In this document: positions 1-11,091 of the stretch, one piece after another
Numbering within the stretch: position 1 is the first letter of the stretch
Layout: every line of letters begins with the position of its first letter
Source of the DNA: an uncultured Actinomycetes bacterium
GTDB lineage: Bacteria > Actinomycetota > UBA4738 > JBBDTT01
Direction: 5' to 3'
NCBI GenBank assembly: GCA_963742735.1
Contig: CAVUMN010000004.1
Coordinates: 1,280,001 to 1,344,000 of the forward strand
DNA: 64,000 nt
Notes under the pieces: model-generated
Seen by the model: only the letters and a program-made list of their open reading frames with translations
Told to the model about the DNA's origin: nothing
Database searches by the model: none
Program-made: the position numbers and the translations under genes

Positions 1-198
1 GTGAAGGCCGTCGTCGTGCGTACCGCCAAGGAGCGCCGCCGCGTGGACGGCTCCTACATCAAGTTCGACGACAACGCGGTCGTGCTGATCAACGATCAGC
101 GCAACCCGCGCGGGACCCGGATCTTCGGGCCCGTCGCGCGTGAGCTACGGGAGAAGCGGTTCATGAAGATCATCTCGCTGGCGCCGGAGGTTCTCTGA
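1..198 (+). CDS. rplN: 50S ribosomal protein L14 (5' truncated by window edge)
   Basis: KAVVVRT..[18 protein letters not shown]..[25 protein letters not shown] is the L14 C-terminal half. Confidence 0.98.
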   Translation: MKAVVVRTAKERRRVDGSYIKFDDNAVVLINDQRNPRGTRIFGPVARELREKRFMKIISLAPEVL

Positions 199-524
199 TG
201 GCCCACACCGCGCGCACCGTCTCGGTGAAGAAGGGTGACGAGGTCATCGTCGTCGCCGGCAAGGACCGCGGCCGGACCGGCCGCGTCGTCAACGTGCTGC
301 CCCGCGACAACCGGGTCATGGTCGAGGGCATCGCCCGCGCCAAGAAGGCGACCCGCCCCTCCCGCAAGCGTCAGCAGGGCGGGATCATCGACATCGAGCA
401 GTTCATCGACCTCTCCAACGTGCAGATCGTGTGCAAGACCTGCGGGAAGCCCACCCGCGTCGGACACCGGATCGACGGCGACCAGAAGGTCCGTGTGTGC
501 CGCAAGTGCGAGGCGGACCTGTGA
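198..524 (+). CDS. rplX: 50S ribosomal protein L24
   Basis: [21 protein letters not shown] motif; spc operon position. Confidence 0.97.
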   Translation: MAHTARTVSVKKGDEVIVVAGKDRGRTGRVVNVLPRDNRVMVEGIARAKKATRPSRKRQQGGIIDIEQFIDLSNVQIVCKTCGKPTRVGHRIDGDQKVRVCRKCEADL

Positions 525-1093
525 GCGCGCAGGCGGCGGCGCCGGCTCCCCGCCTGAAGGAGCGCTACGTGCAGGAGATCCGTCCGGCCCTGAAGGCCGA
601 GCGCGCCTACGACTCGCTCATGGAGGTCCCGCGGGTCGAGAAGGCCGTGGTCAACATGGGGGTGGGCGACGCACTCCAGGACGCGAAGCTCCTGGACGCG
701 GCGGTCGAGGACCTCGCCACGATCACCGGGCAGAAGCCGCTGGTGACGAAGGCCCGGAAGTCGATCGCCGGGTTCAAGCTTCGCGAGGGCCAGTCGATCG
801 GCGCCAAGGTGACCCTGCGCGGCGCCAGGATGTGGGAGTTCATCGACCGGCTGCTGTCGACGGCGCTGCCGCGGATCCGCGACTTCCGGGGCCTGCCGTT
901 GGGCGGCTTCGACGGCCACGGGAACTACACCCTCGGCGTCACCGAGCAGCTGATCTTCCCGGAGATCGACTACGACAAGGTCGTGAAGGTCCGGGGAATG
1001 GACATCACGGTCGTCACGTCGGCCCGGACCGACGAGGAGGCCCTTGCGCTGCTCCGCGCGCTGGGGTTCCCATTCCAGCACGAGGAAGGCTAG
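521..1093 (+). CDS. rplE: 50S ribosomal protein L5
   Basis: [36 protein letters not shown] motifs; GTG start overlaps rplX stop (GTGA). Confidence 0.97.
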   Translation: MSAQAAAPAPRLKERYVQEIRPALKAERAYDSLMEVPRVEKAVVNMGVGDALQDAKLLDAAVEDLATITGQKPLVTKARKSIAGFKLREGQSIGAKVTLRGARMWEFIDRLLSTALPRIRDFRGLPLGGFDGHGNYTLGVTEQLIFPEIDYDKVVKVRGMDITVVTSARTDEEALALLRALGFPFQHEEG

Positions 1094-1101
1094 GAAGGCA
1101 G

Positions 1102-1287
1102 ATGGCGAAGAAGGCACTGGTCAACAAGGCGAAGGCGCAGCCGAAGTTCCGGGTGCGCGGCTACACCCGGTGCGGTCGCTGCGGGCGGGCACGGGCGGTC
1201 TACCGCAAGTTCAACCTGTGCCGGATCTGCCTGCGCGAGATGGCGCACGCGGGCGAGGTCCCGGGCATCACGAAGGCGAGCTGGTAG
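1102..1287 (+). CDS. rpsZ: 30S ribosomal protein S14, zinc-binding type Z
   Basis: 61 aa [40 protein letters not shown] with two CxxC. Confidence 0.97.
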   Translation: MAKKALVNKAKAQPKFRVRGYTRCGRCGRARAVYRKFNLCRICLREMAHAGEVPGITKASW

Positions 1288-1289
1288 CC

Positions 1290-1685
1290 ATGACGATGAC
1301 GGATCCGATCGCGGACATGCTGGCGCGGCTGCGCAACGCGACCATGGCCGGCAAGGACGACGTCGTCATGCCCGCGTCCACGGTGAAGGAGACCATCGCG
1401 AGGATCCTCGAGCGCGAGGGCTTCGTGGAGGGCGTGGTCGTCGAGGGCGACGTCAAGAAGACCCTCACGATCCGTCTGAAGTACGGCCCCCAGCGCGAGA
1501 AGACGATCTCCGGCCTGCGCCGCATCTCCAAGCCGGGTCGGCGCGTCTACGTGCGCCACGACGCGCTCCCGCGGGTCCAGGGCGGGTTGGGGCTGGCGAT
1601 CATCTCGACGCCCCAGGGGATGCTCACGGATCGACAGGCGAAGAAGCAGGGCGTGGGCGGCGAAGTGCTGGCCTACGTCTGGTGA
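1290..1685 (+). CDS. rpsH: 30S ribosomal protein S8
   Basis: [37 protein letters not shown]. Confidence 0.97.
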   Translation: MTMTDPIADMLARLRNATMAGKDDVVMPASTVKETIARILEREGFVEGVVVEGDVKKTLTIRLKYGPQREKTISGLRRISKPGRRVYVRHDALPRVQGGLGLAIISTPQGMLTDRQAKKQGVGGEVLAYVW

Positions 1686-1701
1686 GGATGAGGATCGAGC
1701 G

Positions 1702-2247
1702 ATGAGTCGGATCGGCAAGGCACCCATCGAGATCCCCGGCGGCGTGGACGTTCGCGTCGAGCCGGGCAACGTGACGGTGAAGGGCCCGCGCGGGGAGCTC
1801 TCCCAGCGGGTCAGCACCGACATGCGCATCCTCCTCGAGAACGGCGTGCTTCGCGTCGAGCGCCCGAGCGACGAGCGGGAGCACCGCTCGCTGCACGGCC
1901 TGACCCGCTCGCTGATCGCGAACATGATCGAGGGCGTCACGAACGGCTACGAGAAGCGCCTGGAGATCGTGGGCGTCGGCTACCGCGCGGCGATGAAGGG
2001 CCAGGACCTCGAGATCCAGGTGGGCTACTCGCACCCCGTCGAGTTCTCGGCCCCCGCGGGCATCGAGTTCGAGGTCCCCGCGCCGACCCGGATCACCGTC
2101 CGGGGCAACGACAAGCAGCAGGTCGGCGAGGTGGCCGCGAAGATCCGCAAGATCCGCAAGCCGGAGCCGTACAAGGGCAAGGGCATCCGCTACGAGGGTG
2201 AGTACGTCCGCAAGAAGGCCGGCAAGGCCGCGAAGGGAGCGGCCTGA
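1702..2247 (+). CDS. rplF: 50S ribosomal protein L6
   Basis: [28 protein letters not shown]. Confidence 0.98.
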   Translation: MSRIGKAPIEIPGGVDVRVEPGNVTVKGPRGELSQRVSTDMRILLENGVLRVERPSDEREHRSLHGLTRSLIANMIEGVTNGYEKRLEIVGVGYRAAMKGQDLEIQVGYSHPVEFSAPAGIEFEVPAPTRITVRGNDKQQVGEVAAKIRKIRKPEPYKGKGIRYEGEYVRKKAGKAAKGAA

Positions 2248-2600
2248 TGGCGCGGCTCACCCGATCGCAGGCGAACGTCCGGCGCCGCCGGCGCGTTCGC
2301 AAGAAGGTCTCGGGCGACGCGGCTCGGCCCCGGCTGTCCGTGTTCCGCTCGAACCGCCACATCTATGCGCAGCTGGTGGACGACGCCACCGGCCGCACCG
2401 TGGCCGCGGCGTCGGACACCGAGGCGGCCGTGGACGGCAAGGGCAAGGCCGACAAGGCGAAGGCCGTGGGCGCGCTGCTCGCGAAGCGGGCCAAGGACGC
2501 CGGGATAGAGCGCGCCGTGTTCGACCGCGGCGGCCGCCTGTACCACGGCCGTGTGAAAGCGCTCGCTGAGGGCGCACGACAGGAAGGACTGCAGATTTGA
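2247..2600 (+). CDS. rplR: 50S ribosomal protein L18
   Basis: [36 protein letters not shown]. Confidence 0.97.
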   Translation: MARLTRSQANVRRRRRVRKKVSGDAARPRLSVFRSNRHIYAQLVDDATGRTVAAASDTEAAVDGKGKADKAKAVGALLAKRAKDAGIERAVFDRGGRLYHGRVKALAEGARQEGLQI

Positions 2601-3187
2601 GGCGCTACGACAACCAGGACCGCAGCCCGTTCGAGGAGCGGGTCGTCGCGATCAATCGCGTGGCCAAGGTCGTCAAGGGCGGCCGTCGTTTCTCGTTCAC
2701 GGCGCTGGTCGTGGTGGGTGACGGCGCCGGCAAGGTCGGGATCGGCTACGGCAAGGCCAAGGAGGTCCCCGCCGCGATCAACAAGGGCGTCGAGATCGCG
2801 AAGAAGTCCATGTTCTCGATCCCGATGATGGGCATGACGATCCCGCACGAGGTGATCGGCAAGGACTCCGGGGGCGTGGTGCTCCTGAAGCCGGCCGCGC
2901 CCGGTACGGGGGTCATCGCGGGCGGTCCCGTTCGCGCCGTCGTCGAGGCGGCGGGGATCCGGGACATCCTGTCCAAGTCGATGGGGTCGTCCAATCCCAT
3001 CAACATCGTCCACGCCACGGTGGCGGGGCTGCACGCGCTGCGCCGGCCGGCGGATGTCGCCGCGCTTCGGGGCAAGAACGTCAACCAGATCGCCCCCCGG
3101 CCGATGCTGGAGGCGATCGCCGAGGCCGAGGCCCGCCTGGAGGCCAAGCGACAGCAGGACGAGGCGGCGGGAGTGGGCGGTTCCTGA
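2597..3187 (+). CDS. rpsE: 30S ribosomal protein S5
   Basis: [33 protein letters not shown]; TTG start overlaps rplR stop. Confidence 0.97.
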   Translation: MRRYDNQDRSPFEERVVAINRVAKVVKGGRRFSFTALVVVGDGAGKVGIGYGKAKEVPAAINKGVEIAKKSMFSIPMMGMTIPHEVIGKDSGGVVLLKPAAPGTGVIAGGPVRAVVEAAGIRDILSKSMGSSNPINIVHATVAGLHALRRPADVAALRGKNVNQIAPRPMLEAIAEAEARLEAKRQQDEAAGVGGS

Positions 3188-3369
3188 TGCCCAAGCTGAA
3201 GATCACGCAGGTCCGTTCGGTCATCGACCGGCCCCGGCCGCAGAAGGACACCATCCGCCGGCTGGGGCTGAAGCGGATCCGGCACTCGGTCACGCAGGAG
3301 GACCGGCCCGAGATCCGAGGGATGATCGCGAAGGTCCGTCACCTGGTGACGGTGGAAGAGGTCGAGTAG
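3187..3369 (+). CDS. rpmD: 50S ribosomal protein L30
   Basis: [32 protein letters not shown]. Confidence 0.96.
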   Translation: MPKLKITQVRSVIDRPRPQKDTIRRLGLKRIRHSVTQEDRPEIRGMIAKVRHLVTVEEVE

Positions 3370-3804
3370 ATGAAGATCCATCACCTCAAGCCGGCCCCCG
3401 GCTCGAAGCGGCCGAAGACGCGCGTCGGCCGCGGGATCGCCGCGGGCAAGGGCAAGACGGCCGGGCGCGGGACGAAGGGCTACCTGGCCCGGAACAACTC
3501 CAAGCAGGGCTTCGAGGGCGGCCAGATGCCGCTCACGCGGCGCGTGCCCAAGTGGCGGGGGTTCAAGAACCCGAACCGGGAGGAGTGGGCCGTGGTCAAC
3601 GTGGCCCGGCTCGCCGACTTCGAGTCCGGCACACGGGTCGGCGTCGAGGAGCTCCGCGCCCGGGGGATGGTGCCCCGCCGCCTGCCCGTGAAGGTGCTCG
3701 GCCAGGGCGATCTGGACCGGTCGCTGACCGTCCAGGCGCACGCGTTTTCGGCCTCCGCCCGTCAGAAGATCGAGCAGGCCGGCGGCACCGTGGAGATCAT
3801 CTGA
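3370..3804 (+). CDS. rplO: 50S ribosomal protein L15
   Basis: [31 protein letters not shown]. Confidence 0.97.
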   Translation: MKIHHLKPAPGSKRPKTRVGRGIAAGKGKTAGRGTKGYLARNNSKQGFEGGQMPLTRRVPKWRGFKNPNREEWAVVNVARLADFESGTRVGVEELRARGMVPRRLPVKVLGQGDLDRSLTVQAHAFSASARQKIEQAGGTVEII

Positions 3805-3854
3805 GTCCACTACACTGATCGACCCCGGGGCTCACCGGGGTGGGGAGACCGACC

Positions 3855-5126
3855 GTGCTGCGTGCGTTCATCAACGCCTTCAAGATCCCGGATCTTCGAA
3901 ACAAGATCCTGTTCACGATCCTGATCATCGCGGTCTACCGCCTGGGCTCCCACGTCCCCGTGCCGAACGTGGACATCGTGGCCCTGCGCAATCAGTTCGA
4001 GCAGCAGCAGAACCAGGGCGTGCTGCAGTTCATCAACCTGTTCTCCGGCGGAGCGCTCACCCGGTTCGCGGTGTTCGCGCTGGGGATCATGCCGTACATC
4101 ACGAGCTCGATCATCATGCAGCTCCTCGGCGTCGTGATCCCCAAGCTCGAGGCGTGGCGGCAGGAGGGGGAGACCGGCGTTCGCAAGATCACCCAGTGGA
4201 CCCGCTACATGACGGTGACGCTGGCCCTGCTGCAGTCGACCGGCCTGGTGTTCCTGTTCAACCGGGACTTCAAGATCATCCCCCAGGAGAAGTTCACGGC
4301 CCCGCGCATCGCCCTCATCGTGATCACGCTCACCGCGGGGACGGCGCTGATCATGTGGCTCGGTGAGCTGATCACCCAGCGGGGCATCGGCAACGGGATG
4401 TCCATCCTGATCTTCACCAGCGTCATCAGCACGCTGCCCGCCGAAGGCGGCGCGATCCTCGAGCAGACCAGCCCGGCCGTGTTCTGGTTCATCGTCTCGC
4501 TGGCCTTGCTGATCATCGTGGCGGTCGTCTTCATGGAACAGGGACAGCGGCGGATCCCCGTGCAGTACGCCAAGCGGGTGGTGGGCCGGAAGATGTACGG
4601 CGGCGGCTCGACCTACATCCCGCTCAAGGTGAACCAGGCCGGCGTCATCCCGATCATCTTCGCGTCGTCGGTCCTGTACTTCCCGGCGCTGCTCCAGAAC
4701 GTCATCCACTGGCAACCGTTCCAGAACTTCGTTCAGCGGTACCTGACCAACCCGGCGAGCGCGGTGTACATGACGATCTACGGCGTCCTCGTCGTGTTCT
4801 TCGCGTACTTCTACACGGCCATCTCGTTCAATCCGGTGGACACCGCGGACAACATCCGCAAGTACGGCGGGTTCATCCCGGGCATCCGGCCGGGGCGCCC
4901 GACCGCGGAGTACCTCGACCACATCCTCACCCGCATCACCCTGCCCGGCTCGCTGTTCCTGGCGGTCATCGCCCTGATCCCTTCGGTGGCGCTCGCCATC
5001 TTCGCGGCACAGCAGTTCCCGTTCGGGGGGACCTCGATCCTCATCACGGTCGGCGTGGCGCTGGAGACCATGAAGCAGCTGGAGTCGCAGCTGATGATGC
5101 GCCACTACGAAGGGTTCTTGAGGTGA
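3855..5126 (+). CDS. secY: Preprotein translocase subunit SecY
   Basis: FALGIMPYITSSIIMQLL, GIGNGMS, IPGIRPG, FGGTSILI motifs; GTG 3855 after GGGGAG. Confidence 0.97.
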   Translation: MLRAFINAFKIPDLRNKILFTILIIAVYRLGSHVPVPNVDIVALRNQFEQQQNQGVLQFINLFSGGALTRFAVFALGIMPYITSSIIMQLLGVVIPKLEAWRQEGETGVRKITQWTRYMTVTLALLQSTGLVFLFNRDFKIIPQEKFTAPRIALIVITLTAGTALIMWLGELITQRGIGNGMSILIFTSVISTLPAEGGAILEQTSPAVFWFIVSLALLIIVAVVFMEQGQRRIPVQYAKRVVGRKMYGGGSTYIPLKVNQAGVIPIIFASSVLYFPALLQNVIHWQPFQNFVQRYLTNPASAVYMTIYGVLVVFFAYFYTAISFNPVDTADNIRKYGGFIPGIRPGRPTAEYLDHILTRITLPGSLFLAVIALIPSVALAIFAAQQFPFGGTSILITVGVALETMKQLESQLMMRHYEGFLR

Positions 5127-5806
5127 GACTCGTCCTGCTCGGCCCGCCCGGGGCCGGCAAGGGCACCCAGGCCCACCGTCTGGCCGAACGCTTCGGCCTG
5201 GCGCTCATCGCCACCGGGGACATCTTCCGCGCGAACCTGCGCGACCAGACGCCGCTGGGCCTCGAGGCCCGGCGGTACATGGACGCCGGCGACCTGGTCC
5301 CCGACGACGTCGTGGTGAAGATGGTCGTCGACCGGCTGGACGAGCCCGACGCGCAGGAGGGGTTCATCCTCGACGGCTTCCCCCGGACACTCCCGCAGGC
5401 CGAGGCCCTCGAGGCCGAGCTCGCCGAGGACGGCCCCCAGCTCGACGCGGCGCTGAAGTTCGTGCTGCCCGACGAGATCGCCGTGAAGCGCATCGCCGGG
5501 CGCCGCACCTGCCCCAATTGCCAGCGGACCTACAACGTCGAGTTCTCGCCGTGCCTCGTCGAGGGGATCTGCGACTACGACGGGAGCCAGCTCGTCCAGC
5601 GGCCGGACGACGAGGAGTCCGCCGTCCGCCACCGGCTCGAGGTCTACCACCGCGACACCGAGCCCCTGGAGACGTTCTTCTTCGAGCGGGGGTTGCTCCA
5701 CACCGTCGACGCGGTCGGCAAGCTCGACGACGTGACCGAGCGGGCCGTCCAGGCGATCGAGGAGAACGGGTTCGCCCTGCGGCCGGGGGCCCCGGAGCCG
5801 GCGTGA
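5123..5806 (+). CDS. adk: Adenylate kinase (Cys-containing LID)
   Basis: GPPGAGKGTQ P-loop, GFILDGFPRT, LID CPNC..C..CDYD. Confidence 0.97.
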   Translation: MRLVLLGPPGAGKGTQAHRLAERFGLALIATGDIFRANLRDQTPLGLEARRYMDAGDLVPDDVVVKMVVDRLDEPDAQEGFILDGFPRTLPQAEALEAELAEDGPQLDAALKFVLPDEIAVKRIAGRRTCPNCQRTYNVEFSPCLVEGICDYDGSQLVQRPDDEESAVRHRLEVYHRDTEPLETFFFERGLLHTVDAVGKLDDVTERAVQAIEENGFALRPGAPEPA

Positions 5807-6558
5807 TCCTCTTCAAGTCCCCGGCCGAGATCGAGCGGATGCGCCGGGCGGGTCGCATCACCGCCGCGACCATCGAGCGGCTCCTTCCGGAGGTGAGGCC
5901 CGGGGTGACCACCGCGAAGCTCGACGCCATCGCCGAGCAGTTCATGCGCGATGAGGGAGCGACGCCCTCGTTCAAGGGCTACCGGGGGTTCCCCGCGTCG
6001 ATCTGCACCTCGATCAATCAGGAGGTCGTCCACGGCATCCCGGGGAAGCGCCGGCTCAAGGAGGGCGACCTGCTTTCGCTCGACGTCGGGGCCGTGTGGG
6101 AGGGCTACCACGGCGACTCCGCGGTCTCGGTGTTCGTGGGGGAGCCCCCCAGCGACGAGGCCGAGAAGCTGCTCCGGGTGACCGAGGAGTCCCTGGAGGC
6201 GGGGATCCGGCTCCTGAAGCCGGGGAACCGGCTGTCCGACGTCGGCAACGCCGTGCAGCAGGTGGTCGAGGGCGCCGGTTTCGCGGTCGTCCGCGAGTAC
6301 GTCGGCCACGGCGTCGGCCGGTCGCTGCACGAGGACCCCCAGATCCCGAACTACGGGGACCCGGGCCGCGGGCCGGAGATCCGCGCCGGCCTGGTGGTGG
6401 CGATCGAGCCCATGGTCATCGCCGGCGACTGGCCCACCCGCGTGCTCGCCGACGACTGGACGGTCGTGAGCGTGGACGGCTCGCTGGCCGCCCACTTCGA
6501 GCACACCATCGCCGTGACCGACGACGGCCCCGAGGTCCTCACCGCACGAGCCTCGTAG
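5803..6558 (+). CDS. map: Methionine aminopeptidase type I
   Basis: CTSINQEVVHGIP, GYHGDSA, GHGVG..LHEDP, AIEPM, AAHFEHT. Confidence 0.97.
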   Translation: MILFKSPAEIERMRRAGRITAATIERLLPEVRPGVTTAKLDAIAEQFMRDEGATPSFKGYRGFPASICTSINQEVVHGIPGKRRLKEGDLLSLDVGAVWEGYHGDSAVSVFVGEPPSDEAEKLLRVTEESLEAGIRLLKPGNRLSDVGNAVQQVVEGAGFAVVREYVGHGVGRSLHEDPQIPNYGDPGRGPEIRAGLVVAIEPMVIAGDWPTRVLADDWTVVSVDGSLAAHFEHTIAVTDDGPEVLTARAS

Positions 6559-6567
6559 GCTGGAAGC

Positions 6568-6960
6568 GTGAACCGAATCCGGCCCCGCGTGCTCGGCACG
6601 CTGGTGTTCGACGGCGACTGCCGGTTCTGCTCCACCTCAGCCCGGCTCGTGAGGAGCATCGTCGGCCCCGGGGTTCACGTGGTCCCGTTCCAACGCGCGG
6701 ACCTGACGGCGCTCGGGATCACCGCCGAGGAGGCGGCCGAGGCCGTCTGGTGGGTCGGAGCCGGCGGGCGAAGGGAGCGCGGACACCGGGCGATCGCGGC
6801 CGCGCTGCGGGCCTCACGGGGCCTGTGGAGGTCGATGGGGACCGTGCTCGGCGCCCGCGCGGTGGAGCCCGCGGCCTCACGCGCGTACGACTGGGTGGCG
6901 CGGAACCGGCACCGGCTGCCCGGGGGCTCGCCGGAGTGCCGGCTGGAGGACGGGAAATAG
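6568..6960 (+). CDS. DCC-family thiol-disulfide oxidoreductase (DUF393-like)
   Basis: LVFDGDCRFC (DxxCxxC) and AYDWVARNRHRL motif. Confidence 0.85.
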   Translation: MNRIRPRVLGTLVFDGDCRFCSTSARLVRSIVGPGVHVVPFQRADLTALGITAEEAAEAVWWVGAGGRRERGHRAIAAALRASRGLWRSMGTVLGARAVEPAASRAYDWVARNRHRLPGGSPECRLEDGK

Positions 6961-7021
6961 CCCCCTGACCTGCGGGTTCAGGTAGCTGGGGCGCCGACCC
7001 ACTACCGGGCGTGGCGGAGGG

Positions 7022-7050
7022 TGGACGCCCCGCAGGAGGGCTCGTATACT
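7022..7050 (+). promoter_or_regulatory. Putative housekeeping-sigma promoter of infA-rpmJ-alpha operon
   Basis: TGGACG-N17-TATACT in intergenic region upstream of infA. Confidence 0.6.
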
Positions 7051-7128
7051 TTCCTGTTGGCCCTGGGGCCACCGGCCTCGGGGTTTTCTGTCGGAACCCC
7101 TGAGCCGGAATGGAGTTGGTCGCCGCAC

Positions 7129-7347
7129 GTGGCGAAGAAGGATGCGATCGAGGTCGAGGGCACGGTGGTCGAGCCCCTGCCCAACGCGATGTTCCGCGTT
7201 GAGCTGGAGAACGGTCACAAGGTCCTCACCCACATCTCGGGAAAGATGCGGATGAACTACATCCGGATCCTCCCCGGGGACCGGGTGCTCGTCGAGCTTT
7301 CGCCCTACGACCTCACGCGCGGACGGATCATCTACCGGTACCGATAG
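7129..7347 (+). CDS. infA: Translation initiation factor IF-1
   Basis: [45 protein letters not shown]. Confidence 0.98.
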   Translation: MAKKDAIEVEGTVVEPLPNAMFRVELENGHKVLTHISGKMRMNYIRILPGDRVLVELSPYDLTRGRIIYRYR

Positions 7348-7357
7348 GAGTCGAGCG

Positions 7358-7471
7358 ATGAAGGTACGACCGTCGGTCAAGCCGATGTGCGAGAAGTGCA
7401 AGATCGTCCGCCGTCGCGGACGGGTGGTCGTCATCTGCTCGAACCCCCGGCACAAGCAGCGACAGGGCTAG
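7358..7471 (+). CDS. rpmJ: 50S ribosomal protein L36 (not in ORF track)
   Basis: Manual translation [37 protein letters not shown]; AGGAG RBS. Confidence 0.97.
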   Translation: MKVRPSVKPMCEKCKIVRRRGRVVVICSNPRHKQRQG

Positions 7472-7481
7472 GAGAGACCGA

Positions 7482-7859
7482 GTGGCACGAATCGCCGGCG
7501 TCGACCTTCCCCGCGAAAAGCGGGTGGACATCGCCCTGCGCTACATCTACGGGATCGGGCCCACCAAGTCTCGCCAGACCGTCGAGGGCGCCAAGATCAC
7601 CGACGGGACCAAGGTCCGCGACCTCTCCGAGGAGGAGATCGTCCGGATCCGCGAGTGGATCGACCGCAACTACAAGGTCGAGGGCGACCTCCGCCGCGAC
7701 GTGGCCCAGGACATCAAGCGCAAGATCGAGATCGGCTCCTACCAGGGGATCCGGCACCGCCGGAGTCTCCCGGTCCGCGGACAGCGCACGCACACGAACG
7801 CGCGCACGCGCAAGGGCCCCAAGAAGACCGTCGGCGTGAAGCGGAAGAAGGGCAAGTAG
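7482..7859 (+). CDS. rpsM: 30S ribosomal protein S13
   Basis: [37 protein letters not shown]. Confidence 0.98.
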   Translation: MARIAGVDLPREKRVDIALRYIYGIGPTKSRQTVEGAKITDGTKVRDLSEEEIVRIREWIDRNYKVEGDLRRDVAQDIKRKIEIGSYQGIRHRRSLPVRGQRTHTNARTRKGPKKTVGVKRKKGK

Positions 7860-7862
7860 CTC

Positions 7863-8255
7863 ATGGCGAAGCCGAAGGCGAAGAAGGCCCGGAAGAAGGA
7901 GAAGAAGAACATCTCCCACGGCCAGGCTCACATCAAGTCCACGTTCAACAACACGATCGTCACGATCACCGATCAGTCGGGGAACACCCTGTCGTGGGCG
8001 AGCGCCGGCAACGTCGGCTTCAAGGGTTCCCGCAAGTCCACCCCCTTCGCCGCACAGCTCGCCGCCGAGGCCGCCGCGCGCCGGGCCCAGGAGCACGGCG
8101 TGGTCAAGGTCGACGTCTTCGTGAAGGGCCCGGGCTCGGGCCGCGAGACCGCGATCCGCTCCCTGGCCGCCGCCGGCCTCGAGGTGGTGGGCATCCAGGA
8201 CGTCACCCCGGTGCCGCACAACGGCTGCCGTCCCCGCAAGCGGAGGCGTGTCTAG
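7863..8255 (+). CDS. rpsK: 30S ribosomal protein S11
   Basis: [38 protein letters not shown]. Confidence 0.98.
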   Translation: MAKPKAKKARKKEKKNISHGQAHIKSTFNNTIVTITDQSGNTLSWASAGNVGFKGSRKSTPFAAQLAAEAAARRAQEHGVVKVDVFVKGPGSGRETAIRSLAAAGLEVVGIQDVTPVPHNGCRPRKRRRV

Positions 8256-8881
8256 TGGCCCGGTACACCGGACCGGACTGCCGCCTGTGCCGGCGCGAGC
8301 GCGAGAAGCTCTACCTCAAGGGCCGGCGATGTGAGTCGCCGAAGTGCGCGATCGAGCGGCGCCCCTACCCGCCGGGCGAGCACGGCCGCGGCCGCATCAA
8401 GGAGTCGGAGTACCTGCTCCAGCTCCGCGAGAAGCAGAAGGCCCGCCGGATCTACGGCATCTTCGAGAAGCAGTTCCGCAACTACTACCAGTCCGCCGCG
8501 CGCCAGCCGGGGGTGACCGGCGAGAACCTGCTGCGGCTGCTCGAGACGCGGCTGGACAACGTGGTGTACCGCGCCGGCCTCGCGAACTCCCGCGATCAGG
8601 CCCGCCAGCTCGTCCGCCACAAGCACTTCCAGGTCAACGGCCGCACGGTGAACGTCCCGTCGTTCCGGGTCCGGCCGGGGGACAAGGTCGAGCCGCGCAC
8701 GAAGTCGCGCAACCTGATCGCGATCCACGACGCGATCGAGGCCACCGAGTCCCGCATCGTCCCCGCGTGGCTGAACGTGGACCGGAACGCGCTCACGATC
8801 GACGTGACCGAGCTTCCGGCCCGCACCGCCATCGACACCAAGCTGCAGGAGCAGCTCATCGTCGAGCTCTACTCGAAGTAG
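8255..8881 (+). CDS. rpsD: 30S ribosomal protein S4
   Basis: [48 protein letters not shown]. Confidence 0.97.
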   Translation: MARYTGPDCRLCRREREKLYLKGRRCESPKCAIERRPYPPGEHGRGRIKESEYLLQLREKQKARRIYGIFEKQFRNYYQSAARQPGVTGENLLRLLETRLDNVVYRAGLANSRDQARQLVRHKHFQVNGRTVNVPSFRVRPGDKVEPRTKSRNLIAIHDAIEATESRIVPAWLNVDRNALTIDVTELPARTAIDTKLQEQLIVELYSK

Positions 8882-8974
8882 CGAGCTCGAGCACATACCC
8901 GGACCGCGAACGCGGCCGGGAGGCAGCGAAGCCCCGGGTAGAAACGGTTGATCCCCGGGAGGAGGTAGATCGTT

Positions 8975-9904
8975 GTGCTGATCGTCGCCAGACCACAGAT
9001 CGAAGAGGAGTCCCTGACCCCGACGCGCTCGAAGTTCGCCGTCGAGCCGCTGGAGCCGGGATTCGGCTACACCCTCGGCAACGCGCTGCGCCGGACGCTG
9101 CTGTCCAGCATCCCCGGCGCCGCCGTGACCGCGGTCCGGATCGAGGGCGTGCTCCACGAGTTCGCCACGATCCCCAAGGTGACCGAGGACGTCACCGACA
9201 TCATCCTGAACCTCAAGGAGCTCGTGCTGCGCTCCGAGGTCGATGATCCCGCCACCGTGTACCTGCGGGCCAAGGGCCCGGCGGACGTCACGGCGGGCGA
9301 CATCGCCCCGCCGGCCGGCGTCGAGGTCCTGAACCCCGACCTGCACATCGCCACCCTCGGCAAGGGTGCGAGCCTCGAGATGGAGCTCGTCGTCGAGCGG
9401 GGCGTGGGCTACGTCGCGGCCGAGAAGAACAAGAAGTCACGCGACCCGATCGGCGTGATCCCGATCGACTCGATCTACTCGCCGGTCCGCCGCGTGACGT
9501 ACGCGGTCGAGAACACCCGCGTCGAGCAGGCCGTCGACCGCGACCGCCTGATCCTGGACGTGCAGACCGACGGCTCGATCACGCCTCGCGAGGCCGTGGC
9601 CTCCGCCGGCGCGACGCTCGGCGAGCTCGTGGCGCTGTTCGGCGACCTCACCGAGAGCCAGGGCCTGTCCCTCGGGCCGGCCGAGGAGGAGGGGCCGACG
9701 GGCGACCTCGCGCTGACGGTCGAGGAGCTCAACCTGTCGGTTCGCTCCTACAACTGCCTCAAGCGCGAGGGCGTGAACACGGTCGCCGACCTCGTGCAGA
9801 AGTCCGAGCAGGAGCTCATGGACATCCGCAACTTCGGCCAGAAGTCCATCGACGAGGTGAAGGCCAAGCTCGAGGATCTCGGCCTGTCCCTGCGGACGGA
9901 GTAA
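8975..9904 (+). CDS. rpoA: DNA-directed RNA polymerase subunit alpha
   Basis: [47 protein letters not shown]. Confidence 0.98.
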   Translation: MLIVARPQIEEESLTPTRSKFAVEPLEPGFGYTLGNALRRTLLSSIPGAAVTAVRIEGVLHEFATIPKVTEDVTDIILNLKELVLRSEVDDPATVYLRAKGPADVTAGDIAPPAGVEVLNPDLHIATLGKGASLEMELVVERGVGYVAAEKNKKSRDPIGVIPIDSIYSPVRRVTYAVENTRVEQAVDRDRLILDVQTDGSITPREAVASAGATLGELVALFGDLTESQGLSLGPAEEEGPTGDLALTVEELNLSVRSYNCLKREGVNTVADLVQKSEQELMDIRNFGQKSIDEVKAKLEDLGLSLRTE

Positions 9905-9913
9905 GGAGCGCAC

Positions 9914-10279
9914 GTGCCCACGCCGAAGAAGGGACCGCGCCTGGGGAGCGGACCGGCGCATCAGAAGCTGATGCTCGGCGGCCTCGCCGCGTCCCTGTTC
10001 ACGCACGAGCGCATCAAGACCACCGAGGCCAAGGCCAAGATGCTGCGCCCCCTCGCCGAGAAGCTGATCACGTTCGGCAAGGACGGCAGCGTGCACGCCC
10101 GCCGGCAGGTCCTGAAGGTGGTCCCCGACCGCGACGTGGTGCACAAGCTCTTCGCGGAGATCGCCCCGCGGTTCACGGAGCGTCCCGGCGGCTACACCCG
10201 CATCATGAAGCTCGGCCCCCGCCAGGGCGACGGCGCCCCGATGGCGCTGATCGAGCTCGTGGAGCGCGGCACCGAGTAG
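9914..10279 (+). CDS. rplQ: 50S ribosomal protein L17
   Basis: [36 protein letters not shown]. Confidence 0.97.
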   Translation: MPTPKKGPRLGSGPAHQKLMLGGLAASLFTHERIKTTEAKAKMLRPLAEKLITFGKDGSVHARRQVLKVVPDRDVVHKLFAEIAPRFTERPGGYTRIMKLGPRQGDGAPMALIELVERGTE

Positions 10280-10286
10280 CGCCACG

Positions 10287-11033
10287 ATCCTCCGGCTGAC
10301 CCTCGCGTACGACGGGACCGGCTTCCACGGCTGGGCCCGCCAGCCGGGTCGCCGCACGGTCGAGGCCGTGGTGGCCGAAGCGCTCGGCCGTGCGATGGGC
10401 GCTCCGCCCAGGCTGTCGGTCGCCGGCCGCACCGACGCCGGCGTGCACGCCGCGGGACAGGTCGTCTCGTTCGAGGCCCCCGAGGGGAGCGACCCTGCGC
10501 GCCTGCAGCGCTCCGTCAACGGCATGCTCGGCCCCGAGGTGGTGGTGGTAGCGGCGCTCCGAGCGCCCGTCGGCTTCGACGCCCGCTTTTCGGCTACCGG
10601 CCGCGAGTACCGCTACCGGATCGACACGGCGGCGCATCCCGATCCGTTCACGGCCCGGTACGTCTGGCACCGCCCGGGAGGGCTGGCCCTCGCGCCCATG
10701 CGCCGGGCCGCACGCGACCTCACCGGCGAGCACGACTTCGCGTCGTTCTGCCGGACGCGCCGCAACGAGCGTTCCACCGTTCGCACGCTCCGGCGGCTGA
10801 GCGTCGCCTCGCGCGAGGGCGTGGTGACGATCACCGCCGAGGCCGACGGGTTCCTGCACCAGATGGTCCGGAGCCTCGTGGGGACGCTCGTGGACGTGGC
10901 CGTCGGCCGCCTCGACACGTTGGCCATGGCGGCCGTGCTCGCGGCGAGGGACCGGTCCGCCGCGGGACGGCTTGCCCCGCCGCACGGGCTCACGCTCGAA
11001 CGGGTGCGATACGGGCGAGGCGGCGTCCTTTGA
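10287..11033 (+). CDS. truA: tRNA pseudouridine(38-40) synthase TruA; start codon uncertain, probably non-canonical
   Basis: LAYDGTGFHGWARQ, AGRTDAGVHA, GEHDF.SF, FLHQMVR motifs; no in-frame ATG/GTG/TTG before the N-terminal motif. Confidence 0.93.
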   Translation: MLRLTLAYDGTGFHGWARQPGRRTVEAVVAEALGRAMGAPPRLSVAGRTDAGVHAAGQVVSFEAPEGSDPARLQRSVNGMLGPEVVVVAALRAPVGFDARFSATGREYRYRIDTAAHPDPFTARYVWHRPGGLALAPMRRAARDLTGEHDFASFCRTRRNERSTVRTLRRLSVASREGVVTITAEADGFLHQMVRSLVGTLVDVAVGRLDTLAMAAVLAARDRSAAGRLAPPHGLTLERVRYGRGGVL

Positions 11034-11059
11034 CGCTCGCTTCGACCGGCTCGTATGAT
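11030..11059 (+). promoter_or_regulatory. Putative promoter of rplM-rpsI
   Basis: TTGACG-N18-TATGAT, followed by a short leader with hairpin GTCGGCT-TGCG-AGCCGGC. Confidence 0.7.
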
Positions 11060-11091
11060 CAAGGGCGTCGGCTTGCGAGCCGGCCTTTTCT

